A stretch of 63,771 bases of DNA, filler included, from Octopus bimaculoides (taxonomy: Eukaryota): the NCBI RefSeq assembly GCF_001194135.2. It is 6 parts of 6 records of this genome, joined end to end, with 100 filler letters (N's around TTAATTAATTAA, not from the genome) between each part and the next. Parts side by side here need not be neighbours in the genome. Positions count along the whole stretch, not along the records: positions 29,590 to 41,023 come from NC_069005.1; positions 41,124 to 49,320 come from NC_068991.1; positions 49,421 to 54,257 come from NC_068981.1; 3 more parts are not named here. One strand, given 5' to 3'. Position numbers and translations under genes: made by a program. Positions 36,759 through 50,180 of the stretch are shown here, one piece after another (the first letter of the stretch is position 1; each line of letters opens with the position of its first letter). Below the pieces are notes generated by a model. That model saw only the letters and a program-made list of their open reading frames with translations, was not told the origin of the DNA and did not search any database.

Positions 36759-38285
36759 CATATATCTATCTATCTATCTATCCATCTATCTATCTCTTTT
36801 CTATCTATCTATCTATCTATCTGTCTATCTATCTATCTATCTATCCATCTATCTATCCATCTATCTATCTATCCATCTATCTATCTCCTNNNNNNNNNNN
36901 NNNNNNNNNNNNNNNNNNNNNNNNNNNNNNNNNNNNNNNNNNNNNNNNNNNNNNNNNNNNNNNNNNNNNNNNNNNNNNNNNNNNNNNNNNNNNNNNNNNN
37001 NNNNNNNNNNNNNNNNNNNNNNNNNNNNNNNNNNNNNNNNNNNNNNNNNNNNNNNNNNNNNNNNNNNNNNNNNNNNNNNNNNNNNNNNNNNNNNNNNNNN
37101 NNNNNNNNNNNNNNNNNNNNNNNNNNNNNNNNNNNNNNNNNNNNNNNNNNNNNNNNNNNNNNNNNNNNNNNNNNNNNNNNNNNNNNNNNNNNNNNNNNNN
37201 NNNNNNNNNNNNNNNNNNNNNNNNNNNNNNNNNNNNNNNNNNNNNNNNNNNNNNNNNNNNNNNNNNNNNNNNNNNNNNNNNNNNNNNNNNNNNNNNNNNN
37301 NNNNNNNNNNNNNNNNNNNNNNNNNNNNNNNNNNNNNNNNNNNNNNNNNNNNNNNNNNNNNNNNNNNNNNNNNNNNNNNNNNNNNNNNNNNNNNNNNNNN
37401 NNNNNNNNNNNNNNNNNNNNNNNNNNNNNNNNNNNNNNNNNNNNNNNNNNNNNNNNNNNNNNNNNNNNNNNNNNNNNNNNNNNNNNNNNNNNNNNNNNNN
37501 NNNNNNNNNNNNNNNNNNNNNNNNNNNNNNNNNNNNNNNNNNNNNNNNNNNNNNNNNNNNNNNNNNNNNNNNNNNNNNNNNNNNNNNNNNNNNNNNNNNN
37601 NNNNNNNNNNNNNNNNNNNNNNNNNNNNNNNNNNNNNNNNNNNNNNNNNNNNNNNNNNNNNNNNNNNNNNNNNNNNNNNNNNNNNNNNNNNNNNNNNNNN
37701 NNNNNNNNNNNNNNNNNNNNNNNNNNNNNNNNNNNNNNNNNNNNNNNNNNNNNNNNNNNNNNNNNNNNNNNNNNNNNNNNNNNNNNNNNNNNNNNNNNNN
37801 NNNNNNNNNNNNNNNNNNNNNNNNNNNNNNNNNNNNNNNNNNNNNNNNNNNNNNGTTTGTCCCCCCAACATCGCTTGACAACCGATGCTGGTGTGTTTAC
37901 ATCCCCGTAACTTAGCGGTTCGGCAAAAGAGACCGATAGAATAAGTACTGGGCTTACAAAGAATAAGTCCTGGGGTCGATTTGCTCGACTAAAGGCAGTG
38001 CTCCAGCATGGCCACAGTCAAATGACTGAAACAAATAAAAGAGTAAAAGAGACACACAGACACACACGCAAGAGGCTTGTGAAAAATTTCCTTTTTTTCT
38101 TTCTTTCTTCCGCTTTAGATTTAACGATGTGCATTGTAACAATCTGTATTGTATGCTTGTTAATTAGTGTGTTGCTAATTGGAGTGGTGTAATTAAGAAG
38201 ACCGTTGTTTGGTTCTGGAATCTCTTCATCATCAGTTCATAAATAAGTGAAATAACACACTGTTAGGTGTTATTTTTATTGTTGC

Positions 38286-38330
<45 letters not shown>

Positions 38331-38678
38331 CATTATTTGTAATTAAAATAATGTTTAAAAAAAAAAACATTATTTTTAAATACTTCTCTCTGTCAATTGT
38401 TTTATTTTAGTATAAGTGTAAACTCAGAAGTGACTATGTGGTAAGTTTGCCTCCTGATCACATGGTTCTGGTTTCAGTCCCACTGCATGGCACCTTAGAC
38501 AAGTATCTTCTCCTATAAGCCCTGAGCTAACCAAAGCCTTATAAGTGGATTTGGTAGACAGAACCTGAAAGAAGCCTATTGTATTTGTGTTTTTGTGTGT
38601 GTGTGTGTGTGTCTTTGTCTGTCCTCACCATTGCTTGACATCTGGTGTTGGTTCATTTACCTCCTAATTAAACTAATA

Positions 38679-38940
38679 ATAAATAATAAATAAATGCGCC
38701 CTTTTAAAGCCTAGCCAGGCTCCTGGGCCCGCTTTCCCGGTTTCAATGGCGTATGTGTTCCCCAGCTGGATGGGACGCCAGTCCATCGCAGCGTTACTCA
38801 TTTTTGCCAGCTGAGCGGACTGGAGCAACGTGAAATGAAGTGTTTTGCTCAAGAACACAACGCGTTGCCTAGTCCAGGAATCGAAACCACAATCTTACGA
38901 TCATGATGCTGACACCCTAACCAGTAAGCCACCTGCCTCC
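38679..38940 (-). mobile_element. Family 3 tRNA-derived SINE with target-site duplication
   Basis: Head gtggcttactggttagggtg..ggtttcgattcctgg; CTAATTAAACTAATA repeated at ~38664 and ~38942; other copies at 50800-51050(+) and 52400-52600(-). Confidence 0.85.
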
Positions 38941-38958
38941 ACTAATTAAACTAATACT

Positions 38959-40140
38959 TACTGTAATTTCCAGCATGCAAGTCGAATTTAGGAGACCAAA
39001 ATTTAAAACCCCATCAAAAACAGATAGGCTGACTTATACACCAAGATGATTTGGAAGGACAAAACATTCCGTGTGGAATGCAGCAGGATTTGGAAAGACA
39101 GCGACAATGTTTGAATATTTACACAATATACCATACTGACTTGTATGCTGGAAAATATAGAAAGGGTCTAAGAGAATGTTTGTGTGTATGTGCTTGAGAA
39201 AATGTGTATGGGAAAGAGTTTGTTCTATATTTTATGGCATACAAGACAAATTTTTCAGACCGAAATTTACTGCCCATGAAAAGGTAGGGCTACTTATACA
39301 CCGAGACAACTTTGGGGGACAAAAATTCCATGTTAAATGCAACAGGATTTGGGAAAACAGTGACTATACACAACGTGTTTGTATAATACACTATGTCAGC
39401 TTGTGTGCTGGGGAAAATACAAATGTTGGGGCTTCATGGATTTTGAAAGATGACCGGTGACTACCCATAAAAAGGGAGATCTACTTATACACCGAGACAA
39501 CTTTGGGGGACAAAAATTCCATGTTAAATGCAGCAGGTTTTGGGAAAACAGTGACCATGTGTGAATGTTTACACCACATGTTTATATAATACACTATGTC
39601 AGCTTGTGTGCTGGGGAAAATACAAATGTTGGGGTTTCATGGATTTTGAAAGATGACAGGTGACTGCCCATAAAAAGGGAGATCTACTTGTACACCGAGA
39701 CAACTTTGGGGGGGGGNNNNNNNNNNNNNNNNNNNNNNNNNNNNNNNNNNNNNNNNNNNNNNNNNNNNNNNNNNNNNNNNNNNNNNNNNNNNNNNNNNNN
39801 NNNNNNNNNNNNNNNNNNNNNNNNNNNNNNNNNNNNNNNNNNNNNNNNNNNNNNNNNNNNNNNNNNNNNNNNNNNNNNNNNNNNNNNNNNNNNNNNNNNN
39901 NNNNNNNNNNNNNNNNNNNNNNNNNNNNNNNNNNNNNNNNNNNNNNNNNNNNNNATCTACTTATACACCGAGACAACTTTGGGGGACAAAAATTCCATGT
40001 TAAATGCAGCAGGTTTTGGGAAAACAGTGACCATGTGTGAATGTTTACACCACATGTTTGTATAATACACTATGTCAGCTTGTGTGCTGGGGAAAATACA
40101 AATGTTGGGGTTTCGTGGATTTTGAAAGATGACGGGTGAA
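38959..40140 (+). mobile_element. pogo/Tigger-like non-autonomous element containing a ~190-205-bp tandem satellite
   Basis: TA-CTGTAATTTCCAGCATGCAAGTCGA..GACTTATACACC resembles pogo-type termini; units starting ctacttatacaccgagacaactttgggggac at ~39290, 39481, 39685 and 39957, with a diverged unit at ~39030. Confidence 0.65.
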
Positions 40141-41277
40141 GTGGGACCCTGACAGGATTTTTAAACTTGGAATGTAGAAAGATGTGATATGAAACACAAA
40201 ATTTTAATAGTGGATGCTCTACCAATTTTATCAATGTACCACCCGTATTGTGGCTAATACTAATGTCTAAGACAGAGACAAGGACTCAAAAGGTGGAGGT
40301 GGGGGGGGGATCATGATGATCATGATGGGGGTGGTGATGATGATTGTGGTATATAATATTTTATTACTGCTTGGTCTGCATGAAATAGCAGCCAGGTGTT
40401 TCTTAAATCTTAAATCTCACCGAAAGAATTATCAAAGTTTACGCTATGTATAGAGAAAAATCAAAAAAAAAAAAACACAAAAAAAAAAGACAAGATGGTC
40501 ACATGTGGAATACCCTCTGATCATGTCGGCTAGATCAGGAACTGACACAGAGCTAAGCAACAACAGCAAAAACAACAACAATCTATAAAAAAAGCCGCAT
40601 TATTTTATCACAAACACACACACACACACACACACACTCGAATGAACCACTTGCACTAATTAATAACTGAAAAGTTGGGTGTGTCAGATAAATAATTGAA
40701 TGTATAAATGTATGTGTATGTTCATGTGTGTGTGTGTGTGTATGTATATATGTACATGCATGTGTGTGTATGTGTATGTACATGTGTGTGCATATGAGTG
40801 TATGTATGTATGTATGATTTTAGGAGGCATTTTACTTGACAGATGACAAGTAGACAAGATAGACGTAGCCACAGACATACAAGCCTACAAACCAGACCAA
40901 GGCATGGATACAGACAGACTACGGATGAGTGAGACATAGCCACAATTAAATATACAGACCAGATAGACATAGAGACAAGATAGACGTAGCCATGGACAGA
41001 CAGAGTAGAAAGACATAGACACANNNNNNNNNNNNNNNNNNNNNNNNNNNNNNNNNNNNNNNNNNNNTTAATTAATTAANNNNNNNNNNNNNNNNNNNNN
41101 NNNNNNNNNNNNNNNNNNNNNNNGAATAGATCGACCTCAAGACTTACGTTTTTTTAAAGGTTTGTACTTAGTCTATCGGTCACTTTTGCCAAACCACTAC
41201 GTTACAGGGATTTAAACATACCAACAGCAATGTCACGCGGTGATAGAGGGACACACAGACACACACACGCACACACA

Positions 41278-41320
<43 letters not shown>

Positions 41321-41579
41321 ACACACTGTGTATATGCCATAGGATTCTTTCAGTTTCCGTCTACCAAATCCACTCACAAGACTTTGATCAGCCCGAAGCT
41401 ATAGGACTCTCTCGCCCTAGATATCACACACTGGGGCTGAACCTGGAACCATGTGGCTGGAAAGCAAGCTTCTTACCACATAGCTATATGTGTGTGTGTG
41501 TGTGTGTGTGTGTATATTTAGAATAATTTTCTACTGATCATCTTCAGTACTGTTACCAAAATCATTATGAGTGTGTCAA

Positions 41580-41634
41580 TGACGTCAATTTCTACTAATG
41601 ACGTCACTAGTGTTTCGTGTGACAAATTACGCAA
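41580..41634. promoter_or_regulatory. Cluster of bZIP motifs: two perfect CRE palindromes plus TTACGCAA
   Basis: TGACGTCA at 41580 and 41599; TTACGCAA at 41627. Confidence 0.35.
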
Positions 41635-41740
41635 CAGTCGTGAAATCGATGTAATATCAGTGTAAGCATCTGTAGCTATATAACCTAACAGTATTAATAT
41701 ATATACATGTATACATATACACTCATACACAGAAGTGTGT

Positions 41741-41777
<37 letters not shown>

Positions 41778-42639
41778 NNNNNNNNNNNNNNNNNNNNNNN
41801 NNNNNNNNNNNNNNNNNNNNNNNNNNNNNNNNNNNNNNNNNNNNNNNNNNNNNNNNNNNNNNNNNNNNNNNNNNNNNNNNNNNNNNNNNNNNNNNNNNNN
41901 NNNNNNNNNNNNNNNNNNNNNNNNNNNNNNNNNNNNNNNNNNNNNNNNNNNNNNNNNNNNNNNNNNNNNNNNNNNNNNNNNNNNNNNNNNNNNNNNNNNN
42001 NNNNNNNNNNNNNNNNNNNNNNNNNNNNNNNNNNNNNNNNNNNNNNNNNNNNNNNNNNNNNNNNNNNNNNNNNNNNNNNNNNNNNNNNNNNNNNNNNNNN
42101 NNNNNNNNNNNNNNNNNNNNNNNNNNNNNNNNNNNNNNNNNNNNNNNNNNNNNNNNNNNNNNNNNNNNNNNNNNNNNNNNNNNNNNNNNNNNNNNNNNNN
42201 NNNNNNNNNNNNNNNNNNNNNNNNNNNNNNNNNNNNNNNNNTTTATCTGAAGTTTTATATAAAACCAATTTAACAGCAAACTAGAGGATACTCAATATAT
42301 TTTATTAGAGCTCAAAAGCTTCGAAATAACTGTCAAACATTTTTGTCACGAAGAGACAAGTAGATATATAAACACACACACAGACACACACACACACACA
42401 CACACACAGACACAGTCAGACACACACACACACACACACACAAGCACACAAACACACACACGCATAAACGCACACAGGTATATACGGTGTATATATAAAT
42501 ATATGTGTGTTTTTGTATGTGTGAGTGAGTGTGGATGTGTGAGTGTGTGTGTGTGTGTGTGCGTATATGCGAGTGTGTGCAAGTGTGTGCGTGCGTGTAA
42601 ATCGAGAACCGCTTTTTTTCTTTCAACAGCTTTATATTA

Positions 42640-42856
42640 GAAACACGACTGTGTCCAAGTTTGATCTTTATCATTAATTTATTCGCAATATTTCCTAATT
42701 AGTTCACTGCGTTTAATTTGGACAATAAAGTTCTCAAGTCATTTTCTTTATTAACATTTTGAGACTTTCATAATCCGATTTCCAAAATAAAGGGCCGTTA
42801 AAGCAACATGAATATTTCCTTAATAAAATAGATCAAACTTGGACATAGTCACGTTT
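42640..42856. mobile_element. Degenerate palindromic MITE
   Basis: acgactgtgtccaagtttgatct / agatcaaacttggacatagtcacgt arms plus inner aaagttctcaa / ttgagacttt. Confidence 0.5.
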
Positions 42857-43319
42857 TAAGTATCATGCGCGCGCACGAAGGTACACAAACTAGCTGTTAA
42901 TAGATACAGCAAAGTTAGGAATAACAGCTACATAATTCAGGCTGTAGGTAGGAAAATGGCTGACATATGAAGCCTCGGTGTCTACGATATAAACGCTATA
43001 TGAAGGCGAATTATGGAATACGAATGCATAACCTAAATACATTCAAAAACGCATAGGCACACGAACGAATATGTATGTATATGTATATGTCTTTTATCCT
43101 TCACCAGTTTTAGTCATTAGACTGCTTCTTTCAGTTTCCGTTTATCAAATTCACGCACAAAGTTTTAATCGGCAGAAGACTGTAGTAGAAGACACGTGCC
43201 CAAGTTGCCACGCAGTGAGCTTGAACTGGGAACCATTTGATTGGCAAGCACACTTTTTATCACACAGTTACATCTGCGCCTGTGTATATATGTGTGTGTA
43301 TATATGGTCTCTTTTATTT

Positions 43320-43660
43320 CTAATTATTTGAAGTCTTCCTGGAGAAAATTAGCTGGTTTCTAACAAAGATACAAACTCCAACATTGGAAAAGAGATAAGA
43401 AAGACAACGCCATGTTTTGAACTTCAGAGAAGTCTTGCATATTTTTACTGTTCTGCTTACAGATTGTATTTCTAATGTTCGTTTTAGCTGGTTGATTACG
43501 TTTTGCGAAAATCCCAGCCTTTCCAGATAGTCATTGAGGCTTTTAGTAACAAAACCGAGAGCACCAAATATTATTGATATAAATGTGAATTTATAATGTC
43601 GGTTTAGAGGCTGCAGGATTCGAAGGAGTTGTCCACAGTTATCCACTTTCTCTTTGAATT
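43320..43660 (-). mobile_element. RLE-type LINE C-terminus, related to 12381-12899
   Basis: LLRILQPLNRHYKFTFISIIFGALGFVTKSLNDYLERLGFS..LEIQSVSRTVKICKTSLKF. Confidence 0.8.
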
Positions 43661-43679
43661 TCTATGTATTTATACATGC

Positions 43680-44003
43680 GTATACGTATGTATGTATGTA
43701 TGTATGTATGTATGTATGTATGTATGTATGTATGCATGTATGTATGTATGTATGTATGTATGCATGTATGTATGTATGTATGCATGCATGAATGTATGTG
43801 TGCATGTATGTATGTGTGTGAGTTTGTATGTATGTATGTATGTATGTATGTATGTATGTATGTGTGTGTGAGTCTGTATGTTGTATTTATGTTAGTATGT
43901 ATGTATGTTTATATGCATGCATGCGTGCTTGAATGAATGAATGTATGTATGTGTGTATGTGTGTATGTGTATGTATGTGTGTGTATGTGTGTATGCATGT
44001 ATG

Positions 44004-44037
<34 letters not shown>

Positions 44038-44345
44038 CATGTGTGTGTCTGCATGTCTGTATGTATGTTTGTATGTATGTAACTATGTTTGTATGTATGT
44101 ATATTTATATGTATGCATGTATGTGTGCGTGTCTATCTGTATGTATGTATGTATATTTATACGTATGCATGCGTGCATGAATGAATGAATGAATGAATAA
44201 ATGTATGTATGTATGTGTGTATGAATGTATGTATGAATGTATGTATGAATGTATGTATGTATGTATGTATGAATGTATGTATGAATGTATGTATGTATGT
44301 GTGCATGTATTTATGTATGCATGCATGTAAGTATCTATGTATGAA
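43680..44345. repeat. Long compound (TATG)n/(TGAA)n microsatellite
   Basis: Direct inspection. Confidence 0.95.
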
Positions 44346-44457
44346 TATGTATGGGTATTCCAACACTTTAACCTACTATAGTCGTTTATCTACCAATTTC
44401 TACACCTACAATTTGCTGCTAGATATAGAATGATTCCTCTCCAGGTCTTTTGCATTC

Positions 44458-44510
<53 letters not shown>

Positions 44511-45367
44511 TGAGAGGAAACGCATATATATATATATATCACCGACGTGACAAGTAATAATTGCGATATCATATATGTATGTGCTCAAAAGGTATGTATG
44601 TGCCTTATTCTTTGTGCAAGTTTTGATGAATGTCTGTCTGTCTGTCTGTATGTATGTATGCATCCGAAGCTATTATATGTGCTCAAAAGGTATGAACAGA
44701 TATTTGCATTAACGCTTACACACATGCGGTTACACAATCATACAAACACACGCACTACTATNNNNNNNNNNNNNNNNNNNNNNNNNNNNNNNNNNNNNNN
44801 NNNNNNNNNNNNNNNNNNNNNNNNNNNNNNNNNNNNNNNNNNNNNNNNNNNNNNNNNNNNNNNNNNNNNNNNNNNNNNNNNNNNNNNNNNNNNNNNNNTA
44901 TATATATATATATATTCATATATATACATATATATATGCATAGAGACAAACACACGTATACAAGTATCATCACAACTGAATACGCATGCGTATATAGACA
45001 AACAAGTAGTATATATTTTATACACAAGCACCCATGCAATATTCAGATATTCAAATACAAACAAAATCCGTTTATAAAAACATACACAAACAGCAAATGC
45101 ATACACACGCACATATGTGTATGTAAACGTGTGTATATGTGTGTGTGTGTACACACAGTTAGACATGCATGTGGGTTTATATTCATATACGCAAGTATAT
45201 ATATATATATATATATATTCTTATATTCTCCAATAACTGAATATGTATACATACATACACAAGTGATACATGAAACTAGCACAAACATCAATAATACGTA
45301 TGACTAGATACAAAATGCATATATAAATATATACATAACTCTCACACGTACACACACAAACACAAAT

Positions 45368-45418
<51 letters not shown>

Positions 45419-45835
45419 CAACGACACACAACACGTTGATATACACATGACTACATAAATTAAGTTGATATATTAATTTAAAATATCAATTAGATAGAAA
45501 CCAATTTTGTTTCTTTTTCATTCGAGAGCCATGATGTTATTTTTTTTACTTTACTTCATTAGAAAATTAATTAAACACACCCGCCCTCATTTCTGCTTTA
45601 TTTCTTAACTCCCCCTTTCTTTCCTATCTTTCCTTTTGTGTGTGTGTGTGTGTGTATACTCATACATATGCATATATACATACATATATGTGTGTGTATA
45701 TACATGCATACGTGTATGTGTGTGTATTTATAGTCGTATATGCAAGTAAATACGTAAATGCATGAGTATATATATATGTATATATATATATGTGTGTGTA
45801 TATATATATATGTATGTATATATGTATATATATAC

Positions 45836-45877
<42 letters not shown>

Positions 45878-46241
45878 NNNNNNNNNNNNNNNNNNNNNNN
45901 NNNNNNNNNNNNNNNNNNNNNNNNNNNNNNNNNNNNNNNNNNNNNNNNNNNNNNNNNNNNNNNNNNNNNNNNNNNNNNNNNNNNNNNNNNNNNNNNNNNN
46001 NNNNNNNNNNNNNNNNNNNNNNNNNNNNNNNNNNNNNNNNNNNNNNNNNNNNNNNNNNNNNNNNNNNNNNNNNNNNNNNNNNNNNNNNNNNNNNNNNNNN
46101 NNNNNNNNNNNNNNNNNNNNNNNNNNNNNNNNNNNNNNNNNNNNNNNNNNNNNNNNNNNNNNNNNNNNNNNNNNNNNNNNNNNNNNNNNNNNNNNNNNNN
46201 NNNNNNNNNNNNNNNNNNNNNNNNNNNNNNNNNNNNNNNNN

Positions 46242-46277
<36 letters not shown>

Positions 46278-46419
46278 CATACACACAAACAAATGTCTAT
46301 TTAAGTATGTATGTATGAGCATGTATATATATGCCCACACACAAATGCACTTCTAACCAAACATGGCGGTGCGCATAAGTTCATTGTTTTTAAATGGCAT
46401 CCACAGGACACAATAGCAG

Positions 46420-46660
46420 TCTTGTAATACACAAGTTTGATTCGATAACTGGGGTAAAGCGGGAATACTTATATGCCCATACACTCTCCCAAATTTTTGC
46501 TTGCGCTATAGTCATGCTGAATACGGGCAAAATCTTACATGATGTCCAAACTTTGTACTGCACAGATGGAAAGCTATTCAATCGTGGCAAACTCCATGCC
46601 TGGATAATAACGAGAACTAGGTTAGTGATTGAACTTTGGTAATCAGATAATACCATAGTT
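46420..46660 (+). mobile_element. RTE-clade RT core fragment
   Basis: GVKREYLYAHTLSQIF..ML..Y.TDGKLFN..L.A....IEL, cf. GVKQGCVLAPTLF..YRTDGKLFN..RELLFADD. Confidence 0.7.
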
Positions 46661-46883
46661 AGTGTTGAGCACTAATATACTATGACCGCCATTATTTGAT
46701 GTTTATTTTATGACGTAGGTGAGACAATGTACCGGGGGTTAGGGCCCCAGTGATCAAGGTTGATTATGCATCTGTACATCTGTGTACAGAGATGAGCAAG
46801 GATTTCTTGATTAAGACTGCAAGTCTTCTCTTTCCATGCATTCGACTCAGCCGAAACAGCTTGGTACAAGTGTTGGTGGATAC

Positions 46884-47158
46884 CAGTGATTCTCAACCAG
46901 TTTTTATTAACCTATGGTCCCTTTTGATTCCCTATTTTATTCGGATGGACCCGCATAGCCATTCGATGTTTAAAAAAACATATATTTCTATAATTAGATA
47001 TTACTAGGAATTATGTAAAATAGATTTTCAAAATATTTTGTGTATTGTGGAAGTTTAACCGATTTATTGCTGATAAGTTTTAATAACAATATGTTATATG
47101 GACTTCCAAGAGCCATATGGACCCCAAGAACAATATGCGCTCTGGTTGAGAACCACTG
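46884..47158. mobile_element. hAT MITE, same family as 23147-23499
   Basis: TIRs CAGTGATTCTCAACCAG / CTGGTTGAGAACCACTG; internal similarity to the other copy. Confidence 0.8.
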
Positions 47159-48005
47159 ATGGAGGTGATGCTGTCAAGAATGTAAGAAAGCCGGAAGTGA
47201 TACTACAGCACATTTTTTTCCGGTCATTTGACAGTTCACCAACGAATCTAATTAATACCTTGGACAGAAGACTTTTTATCGACCCCGAAATGATGAAAAG
47301 CTGGATTTGAGTCAATGGCAGGATTTGAACTGAGGGTGTAGAGCATCGTAACAAATTATATGAAACATTCTATTCAAGACTGACGACTCTGCCAGTTTGC
47401 AACCGATGTGCCGCGCTCTCAGCCTAAGATCAAAGAATATTTTACGGCCACAAGCAACCAGCAAGCAGAGTACTGGGCAGTGACCAATCACAGAAGATTC
47501 ATTTTTTCATCTTTTACTTGTTTCGGTCATTAGGTCTGCGGCCGTGCTGGAGCACCGCCTTGAAGAAATCTTAGTCGAATAAATCGACCACATTGCTTTT
47601 TAAAAGATCTTGGCACTTATTCTATCGTTCCCTTTGACTGAACCGCTATGATATTGATGATAGATCGAACACAGTTGAGAAGATAAATGAAGATCACGAT
47701 CTGGTACAAAGAACCAAACTTATGGTGTATAACGCAATTGTGTCTACTCGCATCTAATGTCTTGAAACACAGAAAAGCTATCCTTTATCTTTCACTATTA
47801 CTTGCTTCAGTCACTGGAGTGCGGCCAAACTGGGGCACCACCTTGAAGAAATTTAGTGGAACGAATCGACCCCAGTACTTTTTTTAAAAAAAGTTTGTTA
47901 CATATTCTATTGCTCTCTTTTGTCGAACTGCTAAATAACGGGAACGTAAACAAACGAGCAACGGTTATCAAGCAGTGATGGGAGACAAATACATACACAA
48001 AGACA

Positions 48006-48068
<63 letters not shown>

Positions 48069-48769
48069 ACACACACACACACACACGACGTGCTTCTTTC
48101 AGTCTCCGTCTACCAAATCCACTCACAAAACTTTGGTCGGCTTGGCATTATAGAAGAACACACTTGCCCGATATTCCACGCAATGGGACTGAACCCGGAA
48201 GCATGTGGTAGGGAATTAAGCTTCCGCATAAGCTGCAAATATATCATACGAGATGCACATCATGTGGCAGAACAGAAATACTTGAGAAAGTCAACGTCTG
48301 CACTGAAACCAGTGCAAAGCGATCTAACCCCCGTCTCTTCTCTCGAGACACATATATAAGATATTCTTAGAGATATAGATAACCACAAATTTGATTGCTT
48401 AATAAAGATCAAATATACCGTGGGAAAAGAATTGAATGCCCAATTTGGAATATATATAAATTGAAGCCGAAATATAACTAGACCACTAGATCTGAGAAGT
48501 GGTAACACGAAACTTAAGTATCTCATTGTTGAAGTTATATCTTCTGAGTTTTCTCAAGTCGTGTGTATCTTACAAGTCTACGTGACTACAAGTTCAAGTG
48601 TATGTGTGAGAAAATTATGCTTCTTGAGACTCGACGGTCATATTAGGACTGTCACTAAAAGCTCCGGTTTCGTTGCTATAGTTTTCCGTCTCCATTTTAT
48701 ATAAGAAGTAATTTTAACACTGGCTACAGTACTGTTTGAGGAATTAAAAATCTTATCTAACGTTTCGTA

Positions 48770-49090
48770 TTCAGTAGGTCAAGTTGCTGGAACACGTCAA
48801 CCAGAATTGCCTTCGCTCCATTATAGACATGTCATTGAAGGAAACCCATCATCTAACAATAACGGAGCTCTCCAGTATGTCACATCACATGCATAGACGA
48901 ATCCAGAAAGCCGAAAACCGTATTCTACAGTGAGATCAACCAGCGAAAAAGAGACAGAGGAGTCCCAACCACCGGAGGCATTTCAAAGACCAGCTGAAAC
49001 GCCAGCTCAACCAGGCAAGAAGAGACCTCACAGAGATCGCATCCAAACTGCTAGAAGCCATTTTGAGAAGGCCAGATAATGTGATCCATC
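48770..49090 (+). mobile_element. RTE-clade LINE 3' fragment
   Basis: KLLE....CLRSI..; KPKTVFYSEI..KRDRG..R.HFKDQLKRQL. Confidence 0.7.
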
Positions 49091-49194
49091 AAACCTATGA
49101 TATAAGGACTTCCATCCTTGACCATCTCGCCGTTTAAGACAATCCAGGACAGTAATATCTAACACATCCTTTTAAATTTTAAACCTCCTCCTCC

Positions 49195-49320
49195 TCTTCA
49201 TCTACTTCTTCTTCTTCTTCCTCCTCTTCTTCTTCTTCTTCTTCTTCTTCTTCTTCTTCTTCTTCTTCTTCTTCTTCTTCTTCTTCTTCTTCTTCTTCTT
49301 CTTCTTCTTCTTCTTCTTCT
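49195..49320. repeat. (CTT)n microsatellite
   Basis: Direct inspection. Confidence 0.95.
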
Positions 49321-49881
49321 NNNNNNNNNNNNNNNNNNNNNNNNNNNNNNNNNNNNNNNNNNNNTTAATTAATTAANNNNNNNNNNNNNNNNNNNNNNNN
49401 NNNNNNNNNNNNNNNNNNNNTATATATATATTTATATATATACATATATATTTGCTCTTTTATTCTATTACTTGTTTCAGTCATTTGACCGCGGCCATGT
49501 TTGAGCACCACCTTTAGTCGAGCAAATCGACCGTGGGACTTATTTTTTGTAAGCGTAGCACTTATTCTATCCGTCTCTTTTGCCGAACCGCTAGGTGATG
49601 TGGACATAGACACACCAGCATCGGTTGTCAAGCAATGCTAGGGGGACAAACACAGGCACATAAACACACACACAGACACACACACACACATGTATATATA
49701 TATATACATATATACGACGGGCTTCTTTCAGTTTTTGCCTACCAAATCCACTCACAAGGCTTTCATCATCCCGAGGCTATAGTAGAAGACACTTGCCCAA
49801 AATCGATTGTCAAGCAATGCTAGGGGGACAAACACACACACAAACATACACACACGCGCGCGCGTGCACACACACACACAC

Positions 49882-49918
<37 letters not shown>

Positions 49919-50116
49919 TATATACATATATATATATATATATAATTATATGTACATACACATTCATATATGTGTGAGTGTGTATGAGCATGCGTAATTG
50001 TGCGTGTATCCGTGCGTATCCATACGTAAGTATCTACATAGATATATGCATAGATACATACACACTTTCACTCATAGATACGTACATACATACATACATA
50101 CACATATATATATATA

Positions 50117-50180
<64 letters not shown>

